Shown here: positions 47,033-57,632 of the stretch, one piece after another
Numbering within the stretch: the first letter of the stretch is position 1
Layout: each line of letters opens with the position of its first letter
Source of the DNA: Wenzhouxiangella sp.
GTDB taxonomy: Bacteria > Pseudomonadota > Gammaproteobacteria > Xanthomonadales > Wenzhouxiangellaceae
Direction of reading: 5' to 3'
Length of the DNA stretch: 64,000 bases
Assembly (NCBI GenBank): GCA_031580925.1
Contig: JAVLCB010000002.1
Span: 12,710 to 76,709 of the forward strand
Notes under the pieces: model-generated
Seen by the model: the letters and a program-made list of their open reading frames with translations, nothing else
Database searches by the model: none
What the model was told of the DNA's origin: nothing
Made by a program: the position numbers and the translations under genes

Positions 47033-48307
47033 CTATTCCTTATCTGATAAAAGTTCTGTGGCGAGATATTGTGCCAGATCCGCCTTCGGGACGTGGCGTT
47101 GCGGTTGGTCTGAGCGGAGGTCTTTGACCAACACCGTGCCCGCCTCGCTTTCGGCTTGGCCGACAATCAGTGCCCACCGGGCACCGGACCGATCGGCACG
47201 CTTGAGTTGCGACTTGAAACTGCCACCCGGCAAGTCCACCCCGACGGGCAGATCAGGGAGCGCATCGCGCAGCGCTTCGGCGGCCATCATCAGCTCATCG
47301 CGCTCGACGCCACCGACCCAATACACCGCCGGTGCGACATCCTCAATGCCCCCTTGGATCTTGATCAGTTCCAACAACCGCTCGGCACCCATCGCAAAGC
47401 CGATGCCAGGCACATCTTTGCCACCGGCCATCGCCACCAACCCATCATAGCGCCCGCCCGCGCACACCGTGCCTTGTGCGCCAAGATCGTCCGTGATCCA
47501 CTCAAACACCGTGCGGCAGTAATAATCCAGCCCGCGCACCAACCCAGGGTTGACCGTGTAGCGGATGCCCAGCGCATCCAGCATGGCTTTGAGCGCATCA
47601 AAATGCGCCCGCGCCTGATCGCCCAAGCTTGACTCAAATTTCGGCGCGTTGACCATGATCTCTTGGGTCTGGGGCACTTTCGAATCAAAAATACGAAGCG
47701 GGTTGGTGTGCAAGCGCCGCTGGCTGTCGGCATCCAATTGAGCTTCAAATGGGGTGAGGTAATCCAGCAACTGCTGGCGGTGGCGTTGTCGGTCTTCAGG
47801 GTCGCCCAAAGAATTGATCTCCAGGCGGATGTTGTCGGCCACGCCCAACTCACGCCACAAGCGCTCGACCATGGCGATCAACTCAGCATCAACGCTTGGG
47901 TCTTCCCAGCCAAACACCTCAGCACCGAATTGATGGAATTGCCGCTGGCGACCGCGCTGCGGCCGCTCATGACGAAACATCGGGCCTTGGTACCAAACTT
48001 TCAGCCCCGGCGGGTTCAACAAGCCATGCTGAATGACCGACCGGACCACCGCGGCTGTGCCCTCGGGTCGAAGGCTGAGTGAATCGCCGTTGCGATCGGC
48101 AAAGGTGTACATCTCTTTTTCGACCACATCGGTGCTTTGTCCGATGGCGCGGGTGAACACCTCGGTGTGCTCCAACAACGGCAGGCGGATCTCCTTGAAT
48201 TGATAGCGATCGAAAAGCCGCGCGAGCTTTGCTTCCAGCTGGCGCCACGCCCCACTCTCGTCAGGCAATATGTCGTGCATCCCACGGATTGATTGGCGCG
48301 TGCTCAT
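47033..48307 (-). CDS. hisS: Histidine--tRNA ligase
   Basis: RGMHD, LRPEGTA, FRHERPQRGRQRQFHQ, VRGLDYY, GGRYDGL. Confidence 0.98.
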   Translation of the reverse strand: MSTRQSIRGMHDILPDESGAWRQLEAKLARLFDRYQFKEIRLPLLEHTEVFTRAIGQSTDVVEKEMYTFADRNGDSLSLRPEGTAAVVRSVIQHGLLNPPGLKVWYQGPMFRHERPQRGRQRQFHQFGAEVFGWEDPSVDAELIAMVERLWRELGVADNIRLEINSLGDPEDRQRHRQQLLDYLTPFEAQLDADSQRRLHTNPLRIFDSKVPQTQEIMVNAPKFESSLGDQARAHFDALKAMLDALGIRYTVNPGLVRGLDYYCRTVFEWITDDLGAQGTVCAGGRYDGLVAMAGGKDVPGIGFAMGAERLLELIKIQGGIEDVAPAVYWVGGVERDELMMAAEALRDALPDLPVGVDLPGGSFKSQLKRADRSGARWALIVGQAESEAGTVLVKDLRSDQPQRHVPKADLAQYLATELLSDKE

Positions 48308-49242
48308 GGCTTGCGCTCGACTCGCCCGTCGGCGAACACGCGAAGCTCAATCAGCCCCACCGACCCCGACGGCTCGTCTTGTACAGCCAAGTGATTGAGC
48401 ACTTGGCCGTTAAGCGCCAGCTCCACCGCTGCGCCTTTGCCGAGCAACAAATCAAATGGCGGCTCACCTTGGTATCGCTGGGCGGTATCGCCGCGCAGGA
48501 GGTTATGCTCCAAGCGGCTGTCTTCAGCGTCAACCACCTCAATCCAACTGTCTTCTGACAAACGAATGGTCAACTCATGGGCCACCGGTTGGGCCACGGG
48601 TGACATGTTGGCGGGTGGTTGGGGCGTGTCACCCGCACCGCGCCCGGGCTGTGAGCCGAGCGCGTTGGCCTCCGGTTGTTGGTTTGATGATTGCGGCTGC
48701 ATCAGTGATTGCGGTTGTGATTGCGGTTGTGGTTGCGATTGCGACTGCCCGCGCGGTGGCAATTGACTGGCCCGTATGATCCGCACCTGACGGCGCTCGC
48801 TGTTGGCCTTGGCCGCGCGTTCGCTGCCTTCGGGTGTCGCCTCCAGCCCATCGGTCAACCACAACACGCTGTGGTTGATGCCAAACCACAGCATCGGGGC
48901 CACAATCACCACAGACACCAGCGCATAACGAAGCCAACTGAATGATGCGTTGATCCAATGGTTTTTTCGGATGCCGCGCACACCCGTCAAAATTGGCCGG
49001 ATGGCCGGCGGTGGCGCGGTGGGTGCCACCTCCTCATCCATGCCCACCAGGTGCAAGTAACGGCGCAAGAAACCATCCCGATAGACCGGCGCCAACTCAG
49101 CGCCTGCGTCGCGCTCGAGGGAGGCCACCAAAGACACACTGGCACCAATGCGCTCGGCCACCTCCGCCACCGACCAGCCCTTGGCCTGTCGTGCCGAGTA
49201 CAACGCCGCCCCCAATTGTTTGGACTTGGGGGTCTCGATCAT
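48304..49242 (-). CDS. rodZ: RodZ-like HTH / DUF4115 membrane protein
   Basis: N-terminal HTH (GAALYSARQAKGWS...GFLRRY), TM, Q/S/P linker, EDSWIEVVD...LLGKGAAVEL; canonical locus. Confidence 0.82.
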   Translation of the reverse strand: MIETPKSKQLGAALYSARQAKGWSVAEVAERIGASVSLVASLERDAGAELAPVYRDGFLRRYLHLVGMDEEVAPTAPPPAIRPILTGVRGIRKNHWINASFSWLRYALVSVVIVAPMLWFGINHSVLWLTDGLEATPEGSERAAKANSERRQVRIIRASQLPPRGQSQSQPQPQSQPQSLMQPQSSNQQPEANALGSQPGRGAGDTPQPPANMSPVAQPVAHELTIRLSEDSWIEVVDAEDSRLEHNLLRGDTAQRYQGEPPFDLLLGKGAAVELALNGQVLNHLAVQDEPSGSVGLIELRVFADGRVERKP

Positions 49243-50357
49243 GCCATCAGCGCCTGCTTGGCCAATTGGGTTTGCACCACTCGCCGGCGTTCGTTCGGGC
49301 TGAGCACTTGACCGACGAGCTGCCCGCAGGCGGCATCGATGTCATCGCCCCGGGTTTTTCGGATGGTGGTGACAATGCCCGCCGTTCTGACCGCCATTTG
49401 GAACGCGTACATGGTCTCATCGCTCGATGGCTGGAATGGTGTGCCTGGAAACGGATTGAATGGAATCAGATTGACTTTGCACGGCAGGCCATCGAGCAAG
49501 CGACGAAGCCCTTTGGCATGGGACAGCTGGTCGTTGACGCCATCGATCATGGTGTATTCGAAAGTCACTGAACGACGCGCGTCATGCGCGACATAACGAC
49601 GACAAGCCGCCATCAAATCTTCAAGTGGATACTTGCGGTTGAGTGGGACCAACCGCTGGCGCAACTCGTCGGTGGGGGCGTGCAATGACACCGCCAGCGC
49701 AAACTCCACGCCCTCGGCCAACTGGTCGATGCCCGGCACCACGCCCGCGGTTGAAATCGTCACCTTGCGCGAGGCCAAGCCGTACGCCAGATCATCACGC
49801 AACAAGGCCAGCGCTGGCTTGACGGCATCCAAGTTCAACAACGGCTCGCCCATGCCCATAAACACCACGTTGGTGATCCGCGCCTGGCCACCGGTCAAAT
49901 CATTGAGCCTTTGCTTGGCAAACCAGACCTGACCGATGACTTCATCGGCGCTGAGGTTGCGCTTAAACCCTTGGGTGGCGGTCGAGCAAAAGGTGCAATT
50001 GAGCATGCACCCCACTTGCGAGGAAATGCACAACGTGCCGCGCCCGGTCTCGGGGATATAGACCGTCTCCACCGCACTGCCGCCACGCTCACTCAACAGC
50101 CACTTCACGCAGCCGTCGCTGGACTCACTCTCTCGAATCGAACGCGGCGCCACGACCGTCGCCACCGAGCCCAATCGCTCGCGAAGCTTTTGCGACAAAT
50201 CGGTCATGTCAGCAAAATCGGTCACACCACGCTGATGAATCCATTGCAAAAGCTGGCGCGCCCGAAAAGGCTTTTCGCCCAAGCCGGCAAAAAAATCCAC
50301 CAGGCCTTGCTGATCAAGGCCCAACAGATTGACTTTGTCGTCGCTTACCTGGGACAC
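49239..50357 (-). CDS. rlmN: Dual-specificity 23S rRNA/tRNA m2A methyltransferase RlmN
   Basis: [12 protein letters not shown] radical-SAM motif, [15 protein letters not shown]. Confidence 0.97.
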   Translation of the reverse strand: MSQVSDDKVNLLGLDQQGLVDFFAGLGEKPFRARQLLQWIHQRGVTDFADMTDLSQKLRERLGSVATVVAPRSIRESESSDGCVKWLLSERGGSAVETVYIPETGRGTLCISSQVGCMLNCTFCSTATQGFKRNLSADEVIGQVWFAKQRLNDLTGGQARITNVVFMGMGEPLLNLDAVKPALALLRDDLAYGLASRKVTISTAGVVPGIDQLAEGVEFALAVSLHAPTDELRQRLVPLNRKYPLEDLMAACRRYVAHDARRSVTFEYTMIDGVNDQLSHAKGLRRLLDGLPCKVNLIPFNPFPGTPFQPSSDETMYAFQMAVRTAGIVTTIRKTRGDDIDAACGQLVGQVLSPNERRRVVQTQLAKQALMA

Positions 50358-50764
50358 AACTCGTCGGGCTTGAAAAAGTAGTCGATTTCAGTGGCGGCTG
50401 TTTCCGGCGCATCGGAGCCATGAACGGCATTGGCGTCGATGCTTTCGGCAAAGTCCGCCCGAATCGTGCCGGCTGCGGCCTCTTGGGGGTTGGTTGCACC
50501 CATCAACTCGCGGTTTTTCATGATGGCATCTGGCCCTTCGAGGACCTGGATCATCACCGGGCCTGAGCTCATAAACGCCACCAGGTCATTGAAAAATGGA
50601 CGTTCTTTGTGCACTGCATAAAAGCCCTCGGCTTCTGCCTTCGACAGGTGCTTCATTTTCGCGGCCACCACGCTCAAGCCGGCCTTTTCAAAGCGCGACA
50701 GGATCTCACCGATGACATTTTTGGCCACGGCGTCGGGTTTAATGATAGAGAGGGTGCGTTCCAT
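50345..50764 (-). CDS. ndk: Nucleoside diphosphate kinase
   Basis: IIKPDAV, GATNP, NAVHGSD. Confidence 0.98.
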   Translation of the reverse strand: MERTLSIIKPDAVAKNVIGEILSRFEKAGLSVVAAKMKHLSKAEAEGFYAVHKERPFFNDLVAFMSSGPVMIQVLEGPDAIMKNRELMGATNPQEAAAGTIRADFAESIDANAVHGSDAPETAATEIDYFFKPDELCPR

Positions 50765-50894
50765 GATTGGTGTTTTCCTTGTGATTTCGAACAGTTACGA
50801 AAGCTTCCCATAATACTCGATATCTGCCCGGCCGTCACCGCAAGACCGACATTTTGCGCCTCAAAGACACGCCCTTGGGACTTTAAACGGGCGC

Positions 50895-51305
50895 CTACCG
50901 CCAGCGCACCCAGCGCAACAGGGCGGCGTATTGGTGCGGCGCCAATTGGCTGGCGAATAACCCCAGATGAGACAACCGACCACAAGCGATGCCGACAAAG
51001 AACGGACTGGCGAAGCCTTGGGGGCTGTCTATCTTGGCTTTCTTGCGGCCAGAACCATCACAAACTAAAAGAGATTGATCTCGTAGGTAAATGATTTTAT
51101 TGGGTTTAATTAGACGATAGGCCGCGCTCAAGCCCACCAGCTCCACCCCGGCCAAGCCCATCAGCAGCCACCCCGACAGGGGCCAAGATTGGGCCCACAA
51201 GACCACCGCCCACTGCGTCAACACCACCACCCACAGCGCGGGCCAGCGGGCCGGGCGCACCACCCAGCCGCCGTCAGGCCGATCCGTTTTTAGGGCCGTG
51301 CCCAT
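50895..51305 (-). CDS. ygfX: YgfX-like small membrane protein (SdhE-associated)
   Basis: Two N-terminal TMs; C-terminal F.SPFFV...LFASQLAPHQYAALLR; about 136 aa from ATG 51305; directly downstream of sdhE as in enterobacteria. Confidence 0.6.
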   Translation of the reverse strand: MGTALKTDRPDGGWVVRPARWPALWVVVLTQWAVVLWAQSWPLSGWLLMGLAGVELVGLSAAYRLIKPNKIIYLRDQSLLVCDGSGRKKAKIDSPQGFASPFFVGIACGRLSHLGLFASQLAPHQYAALLRWVRWR

Positions 51306-51588
51306 CACTGGCTGTGATCTGATCGACGAGCGCTGCCAATTCAGGTGATTGCGGGGAAGATCGCCCCAACAGCCAGTTCCAAAGCACGTCGTCTTCTTGC
51401 TCCAAAAGCAGCGCAAACTGCGCCCGGGCTTTGCTATCGGCTGTGGGATAGTGGTCGCTCAACCACCGGGTCAGCAACGCATCGAGCTCGCGCATCCCCC
51501 GACGACAACGCCACTGCAACCGGCGTTTTTCCAATTCATCGCCTGCAGGCTCAGCATCAGCCACGCCATCAGCGACCCCATCGGCCAT
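51274..51588 (-). CDS. sdhE: FAD assembly factor SdhE (Sdh5/SDHAF2)
   Basis: RLQWRCRRGMRELD (RGxxE motif), LLEQEDDVLWNW. Confidence 0.93.
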   Translation of the reverse strand: MADGVADGVADAEPAGDELEKRRLQWRCRRGMRELDALLTRWLSDHYPTADSKARAQFALLLEQEDDVLWNWLLGRSSPQSPELAALVDQITASDGHGPKNGSA

Positions 51589-51594
51589 ACCGTG

Positions 51595-52380
51595 TTAAAC
51601 GCCTCGACGCGCGAGCATCATTTTCTTGATTTCGGCGATCGCTTTGGCGGGGTTGAGGCCTTTTGGGCAGGTCCGTGCACAGTTCATGATGGTGTGGCAG
51701 CGGTACAGCTTGAAGGGATCTTCCAGCTCATCGAGTCGCTCGCCGGTGGCCTCGTCGCGAGAGTCGGCCAGCCAACGGTAAGCTTGCAACAAGATGGCCG
51801 GGCCCAAATACCGATCACCGTTCCACCAATAACTTGGGCACGATGTCGAGCAACACGCGCACAAAATGCACTCATACAAGCCATCGATGTGCGTGCGGTC
51901 TTCATGCGATTGCAGCCGCTCTTTGTCTGGGGGCGGTGCCGACTGGGTTCTGATCCACGGCTTGATCGAGGCATACTGCGCATAAAAATGCGTCAGATCA
52001 GGGACCAAGTCTTTGATCACGGGCATGTGGGGCAACGGGTAGAGCTTGACATCGCCTTTGATGTCATCGATGGCGGTGATGCACGCCAAAGTGTTGACGC
52101 CGTCGATGTTGAACGCGCAAGAGCCGCAAATGCCTTCGCGGCACGAGCGTCTAAATGTCAATGTCGGGTCCATTTCGTTTTTGATTTTGACCATGGCATC
52201 CAACACCATCGGCCCACAATCGTCCAGATCGATCTCGTAGGTATCGACCCGTGGCTTTTCATCGTCGTCTGGACTCCAACGATAAATGCGGAAGGTTTTC
52301 ACCCGCCCCGCCCCTTCAGGCGCTGGGTGGTGGTGACCCTTCTGGATTCTCGAATTTTTCGGCAAACGAAATTCAGCCAT
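51595..52380 (-). CDS. sdhB: Succinate dehydrogenase iron-sulfur subunit
   Basis: [34 protein letters not shown]. Start set at ATG 52380. Confidence 0.97.
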   Translation of the reverse strand: MAEFRLPKNSRIQKGHHHPAPEGAGRVKTFRIYRWSPDDDEKPRVDTYEIDLDDCGPMVLDAMVKIKNEMDPTLTFRRSCREGICGSCAFNIDGVNTLACITAIDDIKGDVKLYPLPHMPVIKDLVPDLTHFYAQYASIKPWIRTQSAPPPDKERLQSHEDRTHIDGLYECILCACCSTSCPSYWWNGDRYLGPAILLQAYRWLADSRDEATGERLDELEDPFKLYRCHTIMNCARTCPKGLNPAKAIAEIKKMMLARRGV

Positions 52381-52402
52381 GATTGCTCTCAATCCTCATC
52401 AA

Positions 52403-54193
52403 TCAATAGGTCCGGGCTTTGGCAGGCACCACTTCAACATCGTCACTCAGCGTGAACATGTGAACTGGCCGGTAGTCAATGGTGGTCTCACCATTCTCTT
52501 TGGCCCAAATCAGCGTGTGCTTCATCCACTCATCGTCGTTGCGATCGGGATAGTCCTCGTGGGCATGCGCCCCACGGCTCTCTTTGCGGTTCTCGGCAGA
52601 GACCATGGTCGAGACCGCATTGCCCAGCAAGTTCCGAAGCTCCAGCGTTTCCACCAGGTCAGAGTTCCAAACCATCGACCGGTCTTTGACTTGAATGTCA
52701 TCGAAGGCGGCGTTGACTTGTTGAATGCTTTTGACGCCGTCGGCCAAGGTTTTGGAGGTTCTAAAGACCGCCACGTCGCGCTGCATGACTTGCTGCATCT
52801 CATCGCGCACCTCAGCGGTCGGGTTCGAGCCATCGGCATGGCGCAAGCGGTCAAATTCAGCCACGATGTTGTCGACTTTCTCAGGCGACAAGCTTCTGTG
52901 GTTTTGGCCGGGCTTGATCGTCGCGCCACAACGCTTGGCCACCGCGCGGCCAAAGACGATCAAATCGAGCAAGGAGTTTGACCCCAAGCGGTTCGCGCCG
53001 TGGACAGACACGCACGCGGCCTCACCGATGGCGAACAACCCCGGCACCACAGCATCTGGGTCACCATCTTTCGAGGTCACCACCTCACCGTGGTAGTTGG
53101 TGGGGATGCCGCCCATGTTGTAGTGCACCGTGGGCAACACCGGAATGGGCTCTTTGGTGACATCGGCGTCGGCAAAAATCTTGGCGGTTTCGGCAATGCC
53201 CGGCAAGCGCTCGTGGATCACATCGCCCCCCAGGTGCTGGAGGTTGAGGTGGATGTGGTCGCCTTTCGGGCCCACACCTCGGCCCTCCCGGATCTCGATG
53301 GTCATCGAGCGCGACACCACGTCTCGAGACGCCAGGTCTTTCGCGTTGGGGGCGTAGCGTTCCATAAACCGCTCGCCATCGGCGTTGGTCAAATAGCCGC
53401 CCTCGCCTCGCACCCCTTCGGTGATCAAACAGCCCGCACCATAGACCCCCGTGGGGTGGAACTGAACAAACTCCATGTCCTGCAATGGCAGGCCAGCGCG
53501 CAGCACCATGCCGTTGCCATCGCCCGTGCAGGTGTGGGCGGACGTGCATGAAAAATACGCCCGGCCATAGCCACCCGTGGCCAAGATCACCGCGTGCGCC
53601 CGAAATTCGTGCAAGGTCCCGGTGGCCAGGTCCCAAGCGACCACGCCACAGCAGGTGCCATCGTCATCCATGATCAAATCAAGCGCGAAATACTCAATAA
53701 AGAATTGGGCTTGGTGCTTGAGGGACTGCTGATAGAGCGTGTGCAAGATGGCGTGCCCGGTTCGGTCGGCGGCCGCGCAGGTTCGTTGCGCCGTGCCTTC
53801 GCCGAAACGCGTGGTCATGCCACCGAAAGGCCGCTGGTAGATCTTGCCCTCTTCTGTTCTCGAAAACGGCACGCCAAAGTGCTCGAGCTCGATCACCGAT
53901 GGAATCGCTTCTCGACACATATACTCGATGGCGTCTTGATCGCCCAACCAATCCGATCCTTTGATCGTGTCGTACATGTGCCAACGCCAGTCGTCTTCAC
54001 CCATGTTGCCCAAAGCCGCACTCATGCCACCTTGCGCCGCCACCGTGTGCGACCGCGTTGGGAAGACTTTGGTGATGCAAGCGGTGGTCAACCCCGTGGC
54101 AGCCAACCCCATGGTTGCCCGCAACCCGGCGCCGCCGGCCCCGATCACCAACACATCATATTCATGCCGCGTTATGGAATAGGCCTGGCTCAT
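52403..54193 (-). CDS. sdhA: Succinate dehydrogenase flavoprotein subunit
   Basis: [40 protein letters not shown]. Confidence 0.98.
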   Translation of the reverse strand: MSQAYSITRHEYDVLVIGAGGAGLRATMGLAATGLTTACITKVFPTRSHTVAAQGGMSAALGNMGEDDWRWHMYDTIKGSDWLGDQDAIEYMCREAIPSVIELEHFGVPFSRTEEGKIYQRPFGGMTTRFGEGTAQRTCAAADRTGHAILHTLYQQSLKHQAQFFIEYFALDLIMDDDGTCCGVVAWDLATGTLHEFRAHAVILATGGYGRAYFSCTSAHTCTGDGNGMVLRAGLPLQDMEFVQFHPTGVYGAGCLITEGVRGEGGYLTNADGERFMERYAPNAKDLASRDVVSRSMTIEIREGRGVGPKGDHIHLNLQHLGGDVIHERLPGIAETAKIFADADVTKEPIPVLPTVHYNMGGIPTNYHGEVVTSKDGDPDAVVPGLFAIGEAACVSVHGANRLGSNSLLDLIVFGRAVAKRCGATIKPGQNHRSLSPEKVDNIVAEFDRLRHADGSNPTAEVRDEMQQVMQRDVAVFRTSKTLADGVKSIQQVNAAFDDIQVKDRSMVWNSDLVETLELRNLLGNAVSTMVSAENRKESRGAHAHEDYPDRNDDEWMKHTLIWAKENGETTIDYRPVHMFTLSDDVEVVPAKARTY

Positions 54194-54574
54194 TTAAACT
54201 CCTGATGCAATGGCAAACATGGAAAAAACAACAACCAACGCGCTGATCACAGCCAACAACTTAATCGAGATCAGCAAAAACATCTCAACGGCACGTTGGT
54301 GAACATAGTCTTCAATGACCACCTGCAACCCCAGCGTGGCGTGATACAAGGCGGTGAGCACAAACAATGACGCCAATGCCGCGTGCACGGGTTGGCCCAA
54401 CCACGCGCGGGTGGTGGCGTAGTCACCGCCGACAACAACGCTCACCGCGTAGACCGACCATGCCGTCAACACCACCATCAGCATGGCGCTCAAACGCTGG
54501 GCCCACCAATGGCCCACGCCGTCACCGGCCGAGCCGTGGTTCAGTGCATTCGCCAAGGGGTTTCGAAACTTCAT
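54194..54574 (-). CDS. sdhD: Succinate dehydrogenase hydrophobic anchor subunit
   Basis: HGSAGDGVGHWWAQRLSA, HATLGLQVVIEDYVH; ATGA overlap with sdhC. Start set at 54574. Confidence 0.93.
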   Translation of the reverse strand: MKFRNPLANALNHGSAGDGVGHWWAQRLSAMLMVVLTAWSVYAVSVVVGGDYATTRAWLGQPVHAALASLFVLTALYHATLGLQVVIEDYVHQRAVEMFLLISIKLLAVISALVVVFSMFAIASGV

Positions 54575-54948
54575 GACCACACCCCCCAAGCCAAGGCCGT
54601 CAATACCCCAGCAAGCACCACCACCGTCCAACCGGTGGCATAAGCACTTTTCAGGTCCAAAAAGAGCCCCGCGTCCCACAGCAAATGGCGGATGCCATTG
54701 CACATGTGATAAAACAGCGCAAAGCTCCACGCCACCCACAGCACCAAAGCCAGCGGGTGCGAGAACACCGCCATCACGGCCGCAAAGGCCTCAGGGCCAC
54801 GACCCAATGCCACCAACCACACCACCAAGGGCACCAACCCCACACTGAGCAACACACCGGTGATTCTGTGTGAGATCGACAGCACAGAGGTCAGCTGCGG
54901 TCGGTAGATTTGGAGATGCGGGGACAGGGGTCGTTGTTGTGTTGCCAT
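54571..54948 (-). CDS. sdhC: Succinate dehydrogenase cytochrome b556 subunit
   Basis: RPLSPHLQIY, SISHRITG, YHMCNGIRHLLWD. Start set at ATG 54948. Confidence 0.95.
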   Translation of the reverse strand: MATQQRPLSPHLQIYRPQLTSVLSISHRITGVLLSVGLVPLVVWLVALGRGPEAFAAVMAVFSHPLALVLWVAWSFALFYHMCNGIRHLLWDAGLFLDLKSAYATGWTVVVLAGVLTALAWGVWS

Positions 54949-55049
54949 AGGTTCAATCACTCACATCGTGCGGCCAAACGAACATTCTAGCCGCGGTTAA
55001 TAGTCAAAACAGGTGCCAATCTGACAGTTGGCAATCTGCGCGTCAACGC

Positions 55050-55271
55050 TCAAAAGTCAATGCACCGACCGTTTTTCTCCCAATCCCCATAGCGGGTGGG
55101 GTCCAAACCTTGCTTGCGCCCACCATATTCTTTGGGCGGTGTGGGTTTGGATTGTGGCGCTTCAGCACCCTGACCGATGCCGTCTCGGAGGCGCCGATCA
55201 GCATCACCGACCTCGGCTTTTGGGGCATTTTGGTCAGGATCGATTTGATCTGTCTTATCATGGGCAGTCAT
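55050..55271 (-). CDS. DUF1674 family protein (SDHAF4/Sdh8 homologue)
   Basis: C-terminal EYGGRKQGLDPTRYGDWEKNGRCIDF signature; directly upstream of sdhC. Confidence 0.88.
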   Translation of the reverse strand: MTAHDKTDQIDPDQNAPKAEVGDADRRLRDGIGQGAEAPQSKPTPPKEYGGRKQGLDPTRYGDWEKNGRCIDF

Positions 55272-55333
55272 GGGTCACCATTATAAAGGGTTTGTATGTC
55301 CCGCATGGGGTTGATCGCCAATAAATACGCTGG

Positions 55334-56227
55334 GTGCGGGGCCTTTCCAGACCAACTGGCCTGCCCACCTCGTCGTCGGGGTGTGGACTCGTGACCTTGC
55401 ACCCTGTCGATCATCTCAAAGGCTTTACCATTTTCGGTGAAGACGCCCAAAGCTTCGCCCAATCTCAACTGAGCTGCCATGTCGATCGACTGGCCGCAAA
55501 ACGCTGGCACCCAAGCGCGTGGTGCAACGGCCAAGGGCGGGTGCTGGCCTGCCTGCTGATTCGAGTGGGCAAGGACCACATCGATTGTGTGCTGCCCGAG
55601 AGCCAGCTCGAAGACACCATGGCCGGTTTAACAAAGTTCACCATCGGCCGGCGGGTGTCGTTTGGCGCCCCGCAACGCGTGGTCGGCGCATGGCACGACA
55701 CCACAGGCGCCACCGATCCGTTGAGCTTTGACGACAGCCGCGGGCTTGCGTGGGACGACGCTGATCTGGCCGCGTCCACCGGCGCCGCCGATTGGGTGCG
55801 GGAGTGGACGTTGGATTGGGCGCTGGCCGACATTCACGCCGGGCTGGCTTGGCTGAGCCCGGCGGTGTCGGGTCAGTTCCTGCCGCAAGCGCTGGGCTTG
55901 GAGCGGCTGGGCGGTGTGAGTTACGACAAAGGGTGCTACCCCGGCCAAGAGGTCATTGCCAAGGTCCACTACCGCGGTCAACTCAAACAACACCTGGTGC
56001 GCTTGCACTGGGCCAATGATATCCCGGTCCAACCCCCGGCCAGCGCGCTGTTTTTGCCACCCCATGCCGACGGGGAGTCGGGCCCGGCGGTGGGTCAGGT
56101 CATCACCCACCAAGGCGCGTGGGGCCTGGCGGTGGTGAAAACAAAGGTCCCCCCAAACACCACACTGGCGCTGAGTGCCGACGGCCCCGGTGTCGCTGAA
56201 ATTATCGCGCTGGACTCGGGCGCGTGA
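55334..56227 (+). CDS. ygfZ: Folate-binding Fe-S/tRNA-modification protein YgfZ; start possibly GTG 55391
   Basis: G.DAQSFAQSQLS, FLPQALGL, signature KGCYPGQE. Confidence 0.9.
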   Translation: MRGLSRPTGLPTSSSGCGLVTLHPVDHLKGFTIFGEDAQSFAQSQLSCHVDRLAAKRWHPSAWCNGQGRVLACLLIRVGKDHIDCVLPESQLEDTMAGLTKFTIGRRVSFGAPQRVVGAWHDTTGATDPLSFDDSRGLAWDDADLAASTGAADWVREWTLDWALADIHAGLAWLSPAVSGQFLPQALGLERLGGVSYDKGCYPGQEVIAKVHYRGQLKQHLVRLHWANDIPVQPPASALFLPPHADGESGPAVGQVITHQGAWGLAVVKTKVPPNTTLALSADGPGVAEIIALDSGA

Positions 56228-56252
56228 TGCGAAGATCTCGTATCATAGCCGC

Positions 56253-57632
56253 ATGACACACGCCGCCCTCACCGCCCTGTCGCCGCTGGATGGACGCTAC
56301 CAGAGCAAACTGGCCACGCTCGCCCAATGGTGCTCTGAATCGGGGCTGATACAGCACCGCCTCGCCGTCGAGGTGGCGTGGTTCAAGGCGTTGGCTCGGT
56401 GCCCAGAATTTGAGGCCCTGGCGCCGCTGACAGCCGATGATGAGCGGTTTTTGGACGGCCTGGTCAGCGGTTTCAGCCAAGACGACGCCGCCGCGATCAA
56501 AGCGATCGAAGCGACGACCAACCACGACGTCAAGGCGGTGGAGTATTGGCTCAAGGACAAGCTCGCCGAGCGCGCCACCCTCGCCCCGAGTGCAGAACTG
56601 GTGCACTTTGCCTGCACCTCAGAAGACATCAACAACACCGCCTGGGCGTTGATCTTACAAAAATCCATCACCGGTGTGCTCGATCCTTTGCTGGCCCAGT
56701 TGGACCAACAGCTCGAAGACATGGCCACCAATTGGGCCGATTGCGCGATGCTCGCCCGCACCCACGGCCAAACCGCCAGCCCCACCACCATGGGCAAAGA
56801 GATCGCCAACGTGGTGTTTCGTTTGCGCCGCCAGCGCCGCCAGCTGGTGCAAGTCGAGACCACCGCCAAGCTCAACGGCGCGGTGGGCAACTTCAACGCG
56901 CACCTGATCGCAGCGCCTGGTGTCGATTGGCCGGCGTTGTCGCGGGACGTGGTGGAAGATCTGGGGCTGGTGTGGAACCCCTACACCACCCAAATCGAGC
57001 CGCACGACGGCATCGCCGAGCTGGCGCATGCGCTGATCCGGCTCAACACCATTTGCTTGGATTTGGCTCGCGACATGTGGGGCTACATCAGCCTGGGCTA
57101 CTTCTCTCAAGCCCTGGTTGAGGGCGAGGTGGGATCCTCCACCATGCCCCATAAGGTCAATCCCATCGATTTTGAAAACGCCGAGGGCAACTTGGGGCTG
57201 GCCAATGCCATGCTCGAGCACATGGCCAGCAAACTGCCGGTGTCGCGGTTCCAACGCGACCTGAGCGACTCCACCGTGCAGCGCAGCCTGGGCTCGGCAC
57301 TCGGCTACACCGCCCTGGCCTGGCAATCACTCAGCAAAGGATTGGGGCGAGTGGCATTGGCCCCAGCGCAGATCGCCGATGATCTCAACGGCGCCTGGGA
57401 GGTGCTCGCTGAAGCCATCCAAACGGTGATGCGCGCCCACCACCTGCCAAATCCGTATGAACAATTGAAAACGCTCACCCGTGGGCACACCATCGAGCAG
57501 GCCGATGTCGAGGCCTTTATCGCATCGCTGGCCATTCCACCCGAGGCCAAAGCCCGGCTCCATGCACTGACCCCGGCCACCTACACCGGCAACGCCAGCA
57601 CAATGGCCAAGGCCATTGGCCGCTACGTCTAA
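56253..57632 (+). CDS. purB: Adenylosuccinate lyase
   Basis: TALSPLDGRY, TNHDVKAVEY, HFACTSEDINN, GSSTMPHKVNPIDFEN. Start set at ATG 56253. Confidence 0.97.
   Translation: MTHAALTALSPLDGRYQSKLATLAQWCSESGLIQHRLAVEVAWFKALARCPEFEALAPLTADDERFLDGLVSGFSQDDAAAIKAIEATTNHDVKAVEYWLKDKLAERATLAPSAELVHFACTSEDINNTAWALILQKSITGVLDPLLAQLDQQLEDMATNWADCAMLARTHGQTASPTTMGKEIANVVFRLRRQRRQLVQVETTAKLNGAVGNFNAHLIAAPGVDWPALSRDVVEDLGLVWNPYTTQIEPHDGIAELAHALIRLNTICLDLARDMWGYISLGYFSQALVEGEVGSSTMPHKVNPIDFENAEGNLGLANAMLEHMASKLPVSRFQRDLSDSTVQRSLGSALGYTALAWQSLSKGLGRVALAPAQIADDLNGAWEVLAEAIQTVMRAHHLPNPYEQLKTLTRGHTIEQADVEAFIASLAIPPEAKARLHALTPATYTGNASTMAKAIGRYV

Noticed and set aside
24490-56252. N-terminal extensions given by the ORF track (GCS2-CBS, dinB, holB, mltG, pabC, acpP, fabH, rpmF, sdhB/C/D, purB)
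   Set aside because: They overlap neighbours or precede the conserved N-terminus; downstream starts with an RBS or coupling fit better.
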